A stretch of 64,000 nt of DNA from Candidatus Liptonbacteria bacterium (GCA_016867315.1 VGJV01000002.1:51386-115385), one strand, 5' to 3'; shown: positions 47,342 to 57,630, counted from the stretch's first letter. The notes: generated from the letters alone by a model not told the origin. Translations and numbers: made by a program.

Positions 47342-48583
47342 TTATTTTTTGCGCCTGCGCAAAAAAGTAGGAATGTCCCAAATATCTACTTCTTCTTTCT
47401 CTTGTTTTTCCACTGGTTTTTTAGAATGCATTTCGGGCTTCTCGATTTTCTCTATCTTTTCCATCACCGGCGTAGGTTTTTTCCCCAATTCCTCTGTTCT
47501 TTCTCCGAGGGGCTTAAGGGAAGAAGCAGGTTTATTGAACCCTTCGAAAAATGAAGAGTGTGCCGCGGCTGCAGGTCGCGCCGTCGGCACTTGCCCCGCT
47601 CCAAACAAAGAGGAAGCAGAGGCTCCATTGAAACCTGCCGCAATAAGCGTGACTTTGATTTGCTTGGGTCTGAGCCGCCGATCGTAATAGGCTCCGAAAA
47701 TAATGCGCGCCGAAGGATCCGCGGTTTGGGCCACAAGCTTCGCTGCATCATTGATTTCGTTCATCGTAAGGTCTCGAGCGCCGGAAATTCCCAAGAGGAT
47801 CCGCTTGGCCCCTTCTGCACTCGTCTCGAGAAGTGGAGAGTTTAACGCCGACTGCACTGCATTCATGGCACGTTCGGGCCCCGACGCAGTCCCTACCCCC
47901 ACAATCGCCGAGCCCGCATCCTCGAGGATGCTTCGCACATCCGCGAAATCGAGATTGATAAGACCGTTTGTAACCACTAATTCCACGATTCCCCTCAAGG
48001 CGTTTCGCAATACATCATCAATCGCCTCGAAAGATTTGAGCACAGGCGTATCTTTGCCGATAACAGAGAATATTCTATCATTCTGCACCACAATCAAAGC
48101 ATCTACTTTATCTTTGAGCTTCACCACCGCTTCCTGGGCAATCCGCTCTCGCTGGCTCCCTTCAAATGCGAAAGGCTTCGTCACCACTGCCACTACAAGT
48201 GATCCTAAGGATTTCGCGATTTCCGCCACGACCGGCGTGCCTCCGCTGCCCGTTCCTCCGCCAAATCCGGCAGTGAGAAATACGAGATCTGACCCTCGGA
48301 GCGCTTCGGTGATCTCCGAGCGATTCTCTTCAGCGGCCTGCCTCCCCAGGTCCGGGTTCATCCCGGTTCCTAACCCGCGCGTAAGATTCTTCCCTATATA
48401 AATTTTAGTCCGCACCTCTGCATGGTCCAGATCTTGATGATCAGTGTTGATCGCCAGGAACTGCACCCCTCGCACAAAGTCTTTGCTAATGCGAGATACT
48501 GCATTGCCTCCCCCTCCTCCGATCCCCACCACCTTGACGTTCGCGATGGGAACAGACGTTTTTTCTTTAGGAACTTTTGCCAT
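47342..48583 (-). CDS. ftsZ: cell division protein FtsZ
   Basis: GGGGGNAV, GGGTGSG, INLDFADV, DIPTFLR. Confidence 0.97.
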   Translation of the reverse strand: MAKVPKEKTSVPIANVKVVGIGGGGGNAVSRISKDFVRGVQFLAINTDHQDLDHAEVRTKIYIGKNLTRGLGTGMNPDLGRQAAEENRSEITEALRGSDLVFLTAGFGGGTGSGGTPVVAEIAKSLGSLVVAVVTKPFAFEGSQRERIAQEAVVKLKDKVDALIVVQNDRIFSVIGKDTPVLKSFEAIDDVLRNALRGIVELVVTNGLINLDFADVRSILEDAGSAIVGVGTASGPERAMNAVQSALNSPLLETSAEGAKRILLGISGARDLTMNEINDAAKLVAQTADPSARIIFGAYYDRRLRPKQIKVTLIAAGFNGASASSLFGAGQVPTARPAAAAHSSFFEGFNKPASSLKPLGERTEELGKKPTPVMEKIEKIEKPEMHSKKPVEKQEKEEVDIWDIPTFLRRRKK

Positions 48584-48627
48584 AATAAGTCTACGCGTTT
48601 ATAGACCTATAGTAGCACTCAATTTAA

Positions 48628-49863
48628 TTACGGCAAGAAGTACTTAAAGAGTTCTTTTACCGTCTTTAATTCAAACTTGAAATTCTGAAGGGGATGTGCG
48701 GACTCCCATTCCCCTTCTTCCGCTCCCCAAAGCACCAACCCTAGTACCGTCGCAAATTCTGGGTCTTCTAAATAACCGGAAAACTCGCCGTTTCCAGGGG
48801 TAAACCCTACCGTAGCTCCAATTTTAGAACTAAGTCTTAGTTCCTGCTTCACCAATTCCGTAAGCCCAGGCAACTTGGCTCCACCGCCAACGAGAACTAC
48901 TCCGCCTGGGAGTTTTCCTGCTTTTCCGATTGCCTTTAACTCTTCGCCCACAAATTCCAAAATCTCCGCCATCCGGGATTCAATAATTTCGCTTACATAT
49001 CGGCGAGAAGTGGTACCCTTCACTTCTGGGGCAAATTTCCGAAGCTCAATAATGTCCTTACTTGACACCTCCCGTGCCAATGCGTAGCCATAACCTAATT
49101 TAAGCTCCTCTGCCGCATCCACCGGCACCCGCAAACCTACGGCGAGATCATTCGACACATTCGAGGAACCCACAGGAAATTTAGCAAGACTTAAAAGCTT
49201 ATTCTCCTCATACACTGTCATTCCCGTGGTCCCTGATCCAATATCAATAAGGAGAGTCCCTAATTCCTTTTGAGCCCGCGAAAGGGAAGCGCGGGAAGCG
49301 ACGAGGGGGGCCCACACCAGCCCGCTAATCCTCCCTCCTGCGAGCTCTACCACCCGCATAAGATTTTTCACATGAGGAGTAAACGCATCAATCACGAAAC
49401 TCACCACTTCCAAGCGAGATCCGGACAATCCCAAAGGATCTGGAATATCGCCCACCCCATCAACAATAAACTCCCGGGTAACGTTATGAATAATAGTGCG
49501 ATTAGGAAGAAGATTTACGGCCTGAGAAGCTTTAATAGCACGATCTACGTCATCGGGATAAATCTCCATATCCGCACGTGACACCGCGACAATGCCTCGA
49601 GAATTTTGGACCTTCGCATGGGGCGTACCTATGGAAAGATAAACGTTCTTCAGAGCCGGCTTTGCCACCTTGCGCACCTCTCCGAGCACTCGGCTTATGA
49701 CATGGGAAGCCTCGGTAACATCCGCAATAGCGCCTTTTCGCACTCCGCGGGATTCCTCTCGATGCACAAACCGTAATACCGCTCTGCCGCGGATATTCTC
49801 TGCCACTGCTACCTTAATAGAAGTAGTTCCTATATCGAGCGCCGTAATAAAAGAGGAGCTCAT
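48628..49863 (-). CDS. ftsA: cell division protein FtsA
   Basis: LDIGTT, IDIGSGTT, GGGAKL; upstream of ftsZ. Confidence 0.93.
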   Translation of the reverse strand: MSSSFITALDIGTTSIKVAVAENIRGRAVLRFVHREESRGVRKGAIADVTEASHVISRVLGEVRKVAKPALKNVYLSIGTPHAKVQNSRGIVAVSRADMEIYPDDVDRAIKASQAVNLLPNRTIIHNVTREFIVDGVGDIPDPLGLSGSRLEVVSFVIDAFTPHVKNLMRVVELAGGRISGLVWAPLVASRASLSRAQKELGTLLIDIGSGTTGMTVYEENKLLSLAKFPVGSSNVSNDLAVGLRVPVDAAEELKLGYGYALAREVSSKDIIELRKFAPEVKGTTSRRYVSEIIESRMAEILEFVGEELKAIGKAGKLPGGVVLVGGGAKLPGLTELVKQELRLSSKIGATVGFTPGNGEFSGYLEDPEFATVLGLVLWGAEEGEWESAHPLQNFKFELKTVKELFKYFLP

Positions 49864-49873
49864 AAAAATCGAA

Positions 49874-50275
49874 TTAAAAACCTTCGCGCGCGAGCATGAG
49901 AAGCTTCTTTTCTGCTCGACGCATCTTGATCGTATCACGCTCCCGCGCATGACGGAAGCCAAGTAGATGAGCGAAACCGTGGATAACTAAAAAAAGCAGT
50001 CGATCTGGATCGTTCTCGAACCGTTCCGCATTCACGTAGATCTCCCCCAAAGAAGTCTCTCTGTCCGGATGAGGAAAATTATGAGGCTCCTCAAATGCCA
50101 AAACATCTACTATGCGCACTTTCTTCCCTGTAGTCTTGAACTTAAGGGCGCGCATCTCCGCATCAGTCACAAAAAAAACCTCCACAGCCCCTGGAGGATG
50201 ACCGAGCTCCCTAAGAACCCGAGCCACAGCCCGCCGGATGCGTTCGCGAAGCTTGGAACCCATCTCAAAATCCAT
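49874..50275 (-). CDS. ybeY: rRNA maturation endoribonuclease YbeY, 5' end interrupted by a MITE
   Basis: DVLAF, LGEIY, HGFAHLLGFRH; current in-frame ATGs lie inside the MITE end. Confidence 0.85.
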   Translation of the reverse strand: MDFEMGSKLRERIRRAVARVLRELGHPPGAVEVFFVTDAEMRALKFKTTGKKVRIVDVLAFEEPHNFPHPDRETSLGEIYVNAERFENDPDRLLFLVIHGFAHLLGFRHARERDTIKMRRAEKKLLMLAREGF

Positions 50276-50389
50276 CCCGGCTGCGATACGAGGCGATTTC
50301 ATCCCCTACCGCGAAGCGAAGGCGAAGACGTACCCGCTGCGGTACGACGAGTCCCGAAGCGACAAAGGTAGGAATTTTGAGATGGGTTC
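50256..50389. mobile_element. 134-bp MITE-like element with 16-bp terminal inverted repeats
   Basis: GAACCCATCTCAAAAT (50256-50271) / ATTTTGAGATGGGTTC (50374-50389); TA and CA flanks on the minus strand. Confidence 0.8.
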
Positions 50390-50410
50390 TAGGCTCTGCC
50401 TTTCTTTTTT

Positions 50411-50857
50411 TCATTCTCCCAAAGCTTTTTTGACGCACGCCCCCACACGCTGCCCCTCTGCTTTGCCTTTGAGCTCCTGCATAGCTCCCTTCATAAGAGT
50501 AGAAAATTCAGTGGCTCCTTTTTCTTTTAGTCGCTGCACTACAGCTTCAATTTCTGCATCGGTCGCTTGTGGAGGAAGATACGCAGCAATCAAAGCGGCC
50601 TCCTTGAGCTCTTTCTCTGCTAAATCCGCTCGGTTGCCTTTGGTATAAAGCTCGGCTGCCTCTCGGCGCTTTTTGGATTCCCGTTCCAATACTTTAAGCA
50701 CCTCCTCGTCAGTGAGCGTCAAAACCCCGGAGGCCCGCTTCTCGATCTCCACCGTATTCACTGCCGCCTGAACCATTCTTAACACCCCCACTCGCTCCGC
50801 TTCTCCGGCCTTCATTGCAGCCTTCAAATCCGAAGCTAGTTTCTCTCTAAGAGCCAT
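50411..50857 (-). CDS. GatB/YqeY domain protein
   Basis: DLKAAMKA, KKRREAAELY, YLPPQ; follows rpsU. Confidence 0.92.
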   Translation of the reverse strand: MALREKLASDLKAAMKAGEAERVGVLRMVQAAVNTVEIEKRASGVLTLTDEEVLKVLERESKKRREAAELYTKGNRADLAEKELKEAALIAAYLPPQATDAEIEAVVQRLKEKGATEFSTLMKGAMQELKGKAEGQRVGACVKKALGE

Positions 50858-50862
50858 TGGTC

Positions 50863-51075
50863 TTAAATCATTCCCGCCCGCTTCAAGCGCTCGATTTCCT
50901 GTTTTTTAGATTCCCGGTGTAACGCCGAAATACGCCGCTTTAGGCGAGTCACCGGTCGATCATGGAACCGCCGGGATTTGGCTTCTTTAAGAACGCCGCT
51001 ACGCTTTACTTTCCGGGAAAACCGAAAAAAAAGTGCGCCGGCGCTTTCCCCTTCTTTCTTCTTGGCTTCAATCAT
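50863..51075 (-). CDS. rpsU: 30S ribosomal protein bS21
   Basis: KKKEGES...RF.RKVKRSGVLKE; rpsU-yqeY synteny. Confidence 0.82.
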   Translation of the reverse strand: MIEAKKKEGESAGALFFRFSRKVKRSGVLKEAKSRRFHDRPVTRLKRRISALHRESKKQEIERLKRAGMI

Positions 51076-51485
51076 GTGGACGTAATATATAACTTCTTTT
51101 GCATTATTTCAAGAGGGTCTTTGGAGGGGTTCTCTACAATACTATGAATTGACCCCCCTCCATCCTCTTCGAACCGAGAAAGAACATGCACGTGAAGATG
51201 TCCTACCGCTTGCCCGCTCGCGCGCCCATCATTCACGCCAATGGTAAGCGCGTCCGCGTTGAGCCGCTTCTTCACCTCCTTACTTATTTTTTGGACCGCC
51301 TCGAAAAGAGGTGCGACTTCCTCTTGGGGCAAATCTCCTAAAGTACCAGCGTGCACCTTAGGAATCACCATAGTGTGCCCAGGAGCTTTGGGATGTATGT
51401 CGAGAAAAGCAAACACATGCGCGTCCTCATACACTACATGAGAGAAAATTTCTTTATGAGCGATTTTACAGAATAAACAGTCCAT
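51072..51485 (-). CDS. HIT family protein
   Basis: CLFCKI, AFLDIHP, GHTMVIPK, HLHVH. Confidence 0.93.
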   Translation of the reverse strand: MDCLFCKIAHKEIFSHVVYEDAHVFAFLDIHPKAPGHTMVIPKVHAGTLGDLPQEEVAPLFEAVQKISKEVKKRLNADALTIGVNDGRASGQAVGHLHVHVLSRFEEDGGGSIHSIVENPSKDPLEIMQKKLYITST

Positions 51486-51550
51486 AACGCTATAGGTTTT
51501 CCTATTTCCGACCGTAAATCCGCAGGGAGGAATTAGGAAAACAAATAAGT

Positions 51551-52864
51551 TTAGCGCAAACGTTTCTTTATCTCTTCCACGATTCTATCGAGAGGCACCG
51601 TCTCCTGGAGCCCCGACCCCAAATCGCGCACAATAACCGTCCCTTCATAAATCTCCTTTTGCCCGAAAATAAGCGCGAGCTTAGCCTCTTCTTTGTCCGC
51701 AGATTTAAGCTGCGCCTTCAAAGATTCTTTAGCCAACGCTTCTTTAATATGGATTCCCGCCTGTCGAAGTTCTTCCACAAAGCGGAAGGATTTCCGCTTC
51801 GCCATATCTCCTGCATGCGCAACAAACACCACCGCCTTCCCCCGGGGAGAAAGGGGAGTATTTTGGGCTTTCATGACCGCGATAAGCCTCTCCACTCCTG
51901 CCGCTCCTCCTATTGCCGGCGTAGCGTGTCCACCCAAGAATTCCGCGAGATAGTCATACCGTCCCCCTCCTGCTACTGCCCCCACTTCCTTACCTTCCGC
52001 TTCAGTGAAAAATTCAAATACGGTACGACTGTAATAATCGAGTCCCCGCACGAGCGTATTGTCGAGTACATATGAAATTTTGAGCTCGTCTAAATATTCG
52101 AGCACGCCTTTAAAATGCGCGCTGCAGGTCGTGCAAAGCTTATCAAGCATATTAGGAGCATGCTCTCGAAGCGCGGCACATCCCGGCTCCTTACAGTCTA
52201 AAAGGCGAAGCGGATTCACCTTAAACCGCCGCACACAATCTGCACACAATTCCTTCTCATGAGTACGATAGTAATTTTGAAGCTGTCGTCGATAAATGGG
52301 CTGACAAATCCGGCATCCTATAGAATTCAATTTAAGAATCACATCTTTGATTTTGAGTCCCGTAAGCAAGCGTAAAAATATGAGAATGATCTGCGCGTCA
52401 TAAATGGAATCGTTTTGCCCTCCAACCACCTCGAAATCCAAATGGGAAAACTGGCGATATCGTCCAAGTTGAGGATTGTCATGCCGAAACACTGGTCCCA
52501 TTGCGTATAATTTTTGAGGCTGGCCCAACCTTCCGAGACTGTGTCCCAAGTAGGCGCGCATGATAGGCGCGGTATATTCAGGGCGAAGCGCGAGAAGATC
52601 GCCGCCCCGAGTTTTAAGCGTATACATCTCCTTCGTCACAATATCGCTCGTCTCTCCTACCGTCTTTTTAAAAACATCGGCAAATTCGAGCACGGGAGTC
52701 TCAATCCGGTGGAATCCGTATTCTTCGACGAGCTCCTTGGCTACAATCTCGATCCGACCCCAATGCGCCTCATCCACAGGGAGTACATCATGCATACCCT
52801 TGGGTTCTTGGAAAAGTTGTTCCTTTTTCCCCTTACTGGGGGCCTTTTTAGGAGAGGTAGTCAT
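51551..52864 (-). CDS. hisS: histidyl-tRNA synthetase
   Basis: KEMY, LRPEYTA, LVRGLDYY, GGGRYD. Confidence 0.96.
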   Translation of the reverse strand: MTTSPKKAPSKGKKEQLFQEPKGMHDVLPVDEAHWGRIEIVAKELVEEYGFHRIETPVLEFADVFKKTVGETSDIVTKEMYTLKTRGGDLLALRPEYTAPIMRAYLGHSLGRLGQPQKLYAMGPVFRHDNPQLGRYRQFSHLDFEVVGGQNDSIYDAQIILIFLRLLTGLKIKDVILKLNSIGCRICQPIYRRQLQNYYRTHEKELCADCVRRFKVNPLRLLDCKEPGCAALREHAPNMLDKLCTTCSAHFKGVLEYLDELKISYVLDNTLVRGLDYYSRTVFEFFTEAEGKEVGAVAGGGRYDYLAEFLGGHATPAIGGAAGVERLIAVMKAQNTPLSPRGKAVVFVAHAGDMAKRKSFRFVEELRQAGIHIKEALAKESLKAQLKSADKEEAKLALIFGQKEIYEGTVIVRDLGSGLQETVPLDRIVEEIKKRLR

Positions 52865-52870
52865 AAAATA

Positions 52871-53422
52871 CTATTGATTGTACTGCGGAGAAGTGAACGC
52901 CTTAATTTGAGGCAATGGCCATAACCTTATTCGAGCAATACCCACTACATTCTTAGTAGGAAGCCCTCCCCAATTCCGAGAATCGAAACTGAATGATCGA
53001 TTGTCCCCCAACACAAAATATTCCGAATCGCTCAGAACATATTCAGCATCCCCTCCCGTGACCACCCCTGGGGCCAAATATTTTTCCTCGAGCATAAAAG
53101 GTTCTCCTGAAAGAGGGACTACTTCTATCTTGTTGTTTTTGATACGCACCCGCTCGCCCGGCAATCCGATAATTCTTTTAATTAAATAGGTGAAAGGGTT
53201 ACCATCATATCGAAATACCACCACCTCTCCTCGTTCAGGAGTGCGGAAACGATACGTGAGCTCGTCCACTAATAAATAATCCCCGTTTTCAAAATTAGGA
53301 ACCATGCTCGATCCGCTCACCACAAATGGCTGGACCAAAAACGTCCGGACGAGAAATACCGAAGCCACCGCCACTAATGCGATTTCAAAAACTTCAAGGA
53401 GCGAAGCAAGGAATTTTCTCAT
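52871..53422 (-). CDS. lepB: signal peptidase I
   Basis: GSSMVP, IKRIIGLPGE, GDNRSFSFDSR. Confidence 0.94.
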   Translation of the reverse strand: MRKFLASLLEVFEIALVAVASVFLVRTFLVQPFVVSGSSMVPNFENGDYLLVDELTYRFRTPERGEVVVFRYDGNPFTYLIKRIIGLPGERVRIKNNKIEVVPLSGEPFMLEEKYLAPGVVTGGDAEYVLSDSEYFVLGDNRSFSFDSRNWGGLPTKNVVGIARIRLWPLPQIKAFTSPQYNQ

Positions 53423-53520
53423 AAAAGAAGTCTGTAAAGCCTAGTATACTGGCGGGCTTCATGCTTGTCTATGGGCTCCCCGCAAAATACACGTATAATA
53501 ATGGAGAACAAATACTCCAA

Positions 53521-54066
53521 ATGCCCCTTCCTTCTAAGGTACGCCTTTTCCTAGGAATAGGAAATCCAGGCGAAGAATTCGAAAATACCTATCATAACGC
53601 CGGACTCTTAGCCCTAGAAACCCTTGCCTCACGCGATGGAGTAAAAGAATTTCAAAAAGTATCTCGCAAGCATTTCGCCCGCGCCAAGGGGAATACTTTC
53701 CTCTTTATTCGATCGCTTACTTTTATGAATGAATCGGGCATAAGCGCGGAAGAAGCCTGCGCGCTCTTTAATATCAACCCGGAAGAACTCGTAGTGCTCC
53801 ATGATGAAAGCGACCTTTCCTTAGGCCGCATTCAATTCGCATTCGGCAAAGGACCCGCAGGACATAAAGGAGTAGCTTCAATCGCTCAAGCCCTCGGCAC
53901 AAATGATTTTTGGAGAATAAGAATAGGCATCCGTAAGCCTGAAGAATTGCGGCGCAAAGCCAGTGAATTTGTTCTTTCGAAAATCAGCAAAGGGGACAAA
54001 ATACTCCTCTCTCAAGCCTGCGAAAAAATAGGAGATTCCCTTAATCTCCCACAGATTAAAGCTTAG
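53521..54066 (+). CDS. pth: peptidyl-tRNA hydrolase
   Basis: GIGNPG, TYHNAG, TFMNESG, GHKGVASI, RIRIGI. Confidence 0.93.
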   Translation: MPLPSKVRLFLGIGNPGEEFENTYHNAGLLALETLASRDGVKEFQKVSRKHFARAKGNTFLFIRSLTFMNESGISAEEACALFNINPEELVVLHDESDLSLGRIQFAFGKGPAGHKGVASIAQALGTNDFWRIRIGIRKPEELRRKASEFVLSKISKGDKILLSQACEKIGDSLNLPQIKA

Positions 54067-55585
54067 CCGCAAAACTCAAAGAAAAAGTAAACCCTCGGCC
54101 TGCCGCTTTTCTGATCTCCGTAAGAGGCAACTGAGTACTTTTGAAAGCGGGATCAGTATCAAGGGCTTTCTTTAAATTCAATATATCCGTCTCCGAAGGC
54201 GCCTCTCCGGAAAGCACGGTAGCAGTACTGCTGTCCTGATAGTAAAGCCGATGCAGCTGAATGTGATGAGTGGCAAGTAAAGCCGTGAGCTTCCCAATAA
54301 GCGGACCCTTAGGAATTCGGAACTTCTCCGTCGCCTGAATAAGCTCGAGGGTTCGATTAAAGCGGGCGGCATGGGCCCTAAGCGACTCCATTTCAGCCAC
54401 CTCTGCCTTTTTGAGCTGGAATGCGCTCTGCGATTCGAGTGTTCGTCGCATGTTGATGAGAAAGACATCCGCCACTATAAAAGCAATAAGAAGTATGCCA
54501 AGTACTGCGGGTATCACCACTCTCCAAAAACTTATAAATCCTAGAACTTGCTCATGCCGAAAACGCTCCTGCGCCCCGATTCCCAAAAGACTAATATCTC
54601 GATCTTCCCCTCGAGGCACAAGCCCTCGAAGTGCGCTTCCCAATGCCACGAACCACTCTGGAGTAGCTTGCAAATTTCCTTGAAGCGCAAGGGGCTGCAC
54701 GGTCAATCCAAAATTACTACTTACCACTCGCCCCACTTCGTCTCCTAAGGCGGAAGCCGAAATGAGCACTTCCTTTACCGGTTCCGGCCAGTGTGCACTA
54801 TAAAAGTTCAATACCTGATAAAGACTTCGCTTGAGAAGCGCTTCGAAAGCTTCCCGTGTCACTTGTTGTTTATCATTTTGGACATCTTTCCAACCATGAA
54901 AATATTCAAAGTAGAGATGCCCCTTCCTAAGAATAAGAAAATCCAACCCCGAAGAGTCGAGGTTTATTAATACATAAGGTTTTGTGGACTCCACACGTAC
55001 CCCCCGTTCGCGCGCCAAACGCGCTAAAGCTAATGCTCGAGACTCGATAGCCACGACGCTAAATCCGCCCTCCTCCAAAGCCTTGGTCACTTCATCCACG
55101 ACTTTCCGATCTATAAAAGCAGAAAGTACCTCCAGCCGAAACGTATCCTTATCCTCTCCCACAAGTTGCCACCCTGAATATGCCTCCTTCACCTCTACGG
55201 GGGAAACCATTTGAATATTAAGCTGGACTGCCTTTTCTAAATTCTCTCCTTGAATAATCGGGAGTCCGAAAACCTGACTATAAATACTGATGGAGCTCAA
55301 AGACACCACTACATTCACTTTTTTATTTTTTGCCGCATCCGGCCCCAAAACCTGTTCGCGCAGCTTCTTTACAATCGCCACAAATTCCGGCCGATTTTTG
55401 ATGTGATTTGACTCCATGAGTCCCGGAGGCAGCCGCATACTCACAAACTTGGGCTTCCCCTCTTCAAAAAGCGCGAAGCGAACAGCGGTATCCGATATTT
55501 CCAACCCGCCGATAGGAGTTCTTGCCCGAAGAAGCGCCGCAGCGCGCTGGAGATAATAACCAAAATTCTGAAGCGAGGAAGTCAT
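54056..55585 (-). CDS. PilM-like + PilN-like fusion protein
   Basis: GLEISD actin-fold start, GSALRG then ISLL (INLL-like), TM helix and periplasmic domain. Confidence 0.7.
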   Translation of the reverse strand: MTSSLQNFGYYLQRAAALLRARTPIGGLEISDTAVRFALFEEGKPKFVSMRLPPGLMESNHIKNRPEFVAIVKKLREQVLGPDAAKNKKVNVVVSLSSISIYSQVFGLPIIQGENLEKAVQLNIQMVSPVEVKEAYSGWQLVGEDKDTFRLEVLSAFIDRKVVDEVTKALEEGGFSVVAIESRALALARLARERGVRVESTKPYVLINLDSSGLDFLILRKGHLYFEYFHGWKDVQNDKQQVTREAFEALLKRSLYQVLNFYSAHWPEPVKEVLISASALGDEVGRVVSSNFGLTVQPLALQGNLQATPEWFVALGSALRGLVPRGEDRDISLLGIGAQERFRHEQVLGFISFWRVVIPAVLGILLIAFIVADVFLINMRRTLESQSAFQLKKAEVAEMESLRAHAARFNRTLELIQATEKFRIPKGPLIGKLTALLATHHIQLHRLYYQDSSTATVLSGEAPSETDILNLKKALDTDPAFKSTQLPLTEIRKAAGRGFTFSLSFAAKL

Positions 55586-55587
55586 GA

Positions 55588-56019
55588 TCACTGGACTTCT
55601 TTCCATAATACAAGGCTTACCTGCCCCGTGGAAGATGCGACGGAAGCAATCACTTGCACCTTTCTTGTGTGAAACGAGATAGTAGCAGTGGAAAGAATGC
55701 TTACAAGGCCTGTAGCAGGAGAGTTCTGGGTCACCGTAACCGTCGCGTTGTCATTTCCTAACGGCACATTGTACCCTGTGGTATTCGAGAAATCTTTATT
55801 GCGAAGCAATTGAAAATATCCATCGTTCGCCCCCGCCTTGGCCAATCCCAATGCTCGTTGAGCGGCTACGTACCCAAAACTCGAATTTACGAAGCTCGAA
55901 GTAAGAAATCCAAGAGTAACACCCACGAGAATCACAATGCTTCCCACGAGAAACACGAAGGAAAGTGCCGCCTGCCCCTTACGAGAAAATAGAAAATAGA
56001 AAATAGAAAATAGAGACAT
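55588..56019 (-). CDS. minor pilin (PilX-like)
   Basis: RKG|QAAL hydrophobic helix without E5; ALGLAKAG. Confidence 0.7.
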   Translation of the reverse strand: MSLFSIFYFLFSRKGQAALSFVFLVGSIVILVGVTLGFLTSSFVNSSFGYVAAQRALGLAKAGANDGYFQLLRNKDFSNTTGYNVPLGNDNATVTVTQNSPATGLVSILSTATISFHTRKVQVIASVASSTGQVSLVLWKEVQ

Positions 56020-56082
56020 GCAACTTTGAAATTATACCTTTTCTGCCCTTCTACTTTCTACTTTCCAAATTCTACTTTCTGT
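55984..56082. repeat. inverted heptamer array (AGAAAAT / TTTCTAC) overlapping a prepilin leader
   Basis: (AGAAAAT)4 ... TTCTAC TTTCTAC; the minus-strand start codon lies between the arms. Confidence 0.8.
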
Positions 56083-56083
56083 C

Positions 56084-56968
56084 CTAGGGACTCCAATTGA
56101 TAATAACTTCGTTTACGGTAGGAGAAGTAGTTTGCATCCGATTTGATACAAGAATCACTCGATAGCGGAAATATCGCTTACCACTGTGCAATGTGTAATC
56201 CACCCGTTTCGATACCCCAGGACTCGTAGCATAGTACGTATTCGATGTCCCATCCGATCCCACATACGTCCAAGGACCGCTCGAGGAATTAGAAGTAGCG
56301 AATTGGAAACGCACCTGAGTCTCCGACGGCTGGGTACCCTGCCAAAGTACCGAGTTGATCTGCACCCCGCCTGAAACTCCCGTATCAAATGTGGAAGAAT
56401 CTAATGTCGCGATTGCTGAAGTTGCCACCCAAGAAGCCTGCAGTCTGTAATTCGAAACAAGACAACTATTGGAGGTATACTCGCTATTGTTTGCGCAATT
56501 AAAACTAATCCATCCTGCAACATCATTCCAAGCGTAACCGGAAAACATCCCGTTATCCGCATCAATAAGCACCTGATAATTAGAAGTACCGCATCCATTA
56601 TTATTATGGCAATCGAAGCTGATCCAACCGTATTGATCATTCCATGCATAGCCGCTTAAATTCCCGATGCCGTCATTCGTTACCTGATAATTGGATTGAC
56701 TGCAAATATTACCGCCAGAAGTAGTAGCGCAATCGAGGGAAATATCTTCTACCGAAGAACTTGCATATCCTTTGAGAAACTGGGAGTTCACCTTCACGGT
56801 GTCATTGATATAAAAGTCCATCCAGCCTATAAGATCATTCCACGCATAACGATACGTAGAATCAACATCCGTGGCGGCGCGAGCCACAGAAATGACAAGC
56901 AGGAAAGAAGCTACTCCGCATGCGATCCACAATATGGGGTTGGAATTTCGAGGAGAGGGCGATCTCAT
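56084..56968 (-). CDS. secreted pilus-associated protein with YAWND..GW..F repeats
   Basis: Signal peptide; three YAWND-x2-GW repeats; C-terminal RYFRYR beta domain. Confidence 0.75.
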   Translation of the reverse strand: MRSPSPRNSNPILWIACGVASFLLVISVARAATDVDSTYRYAWNDLIGWMDFYINDTVKVNSQFLKGYASSSVEDISLDCATTSGGNICSQSNYQVTNDGIGNLSGYAWNDQYGWISFDCHNNNGCGTSNYQVLIDADNGMFSGYAWNDVAGWISFNCANNSEYTSNSCLVSNYRLQASWVATSAIATLDSSTFDTGVSGGVQINSVLWQGTQPSETQVRFQFATSNSSSGPWTYVGSDGTSNTYYATSPGVSKRVDYTLHSGKRYFRYRVILVSNRMQTTSPTVNEVIINWSP

Positions 56969-57630
56969 TGAAATTGAATTTGGATAGAGCCGGTGCTCGT
57001 CGTGTAATAAATTTTTGTAGAAGTAGAAAACTTGCTATTAGTGCTTGTAACGGGGGTATCTTGGCCGGGGCCTCCAAACCAATCTGTTTGGCTGTAGATA
57101 TAACTAGTACGAGATCGAGTGAGATATGTGGAAAGAGTATTGGTAGCGCTTTGCGGCCAGCGGTACACGACGGTAACCCTCTTCGTAGAAGGATCGCTAT
57201 TTCCTCCGCTTGTTACTATAAGATTCCCCGCATCCCGAAAAACATCATCTACATAAAAATAGCGCGTATAGGTCGTAGTTCCCACCTGAAGATTTTCACT
57301 GCCAGACACCGAAGAAAAAGGGGAGGTGCTCGTCGTGAGGTAATATCGATTTGCCGAAGTGGTACTCAAGGCCAGAAGACCATTCCAATCGCCTTGAGAC
57401 CATACGCTCACATTATCCAAAAGTTCTTTCCCAAGGCTTGTACCTACTTGCGACTTAAGTGTCTGCGTATTGCTTCGAAGGACGGGGGCAATAATAGTGG
57501 CTCCTGCTCCAATCATGATGACTCCCACGAGAAGGGCGATCAAAACCTCGATAAGAGACTGCCCTCCACGGGCAGAAAGTAGAAAATAGAAAGTAGAAAA
57601 TAAATTCTTATGTTGATTCATGCCATCCAT
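56965..57630 (-). CDS. minor pilin (PilV-like)
   Basis: G|QSLIEVLIAL class III signal; alternative start at 57621. Confidence 0.8.
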   Translation of the reverse strand: MDGMNQHKNLFSTFYFLLSARGGQSLIEVLIALLVGVIMIGAGATIIAPVLRSNTQTLKSQVGTSLGKELLDNVSVWSQGDWNGLLALSTTSANRYYLTTSTSPFSSVSGSENLQVGTTTYTRYFYVDDVFRDAGNLIVTSGGNSDPSTKRVTVVYRWPQSATNTLSTYLTRSRTSYIYSQTDWFGGPGQDTPVTSTNSKFSTSTKIYYTTSTGSIQIQFQ

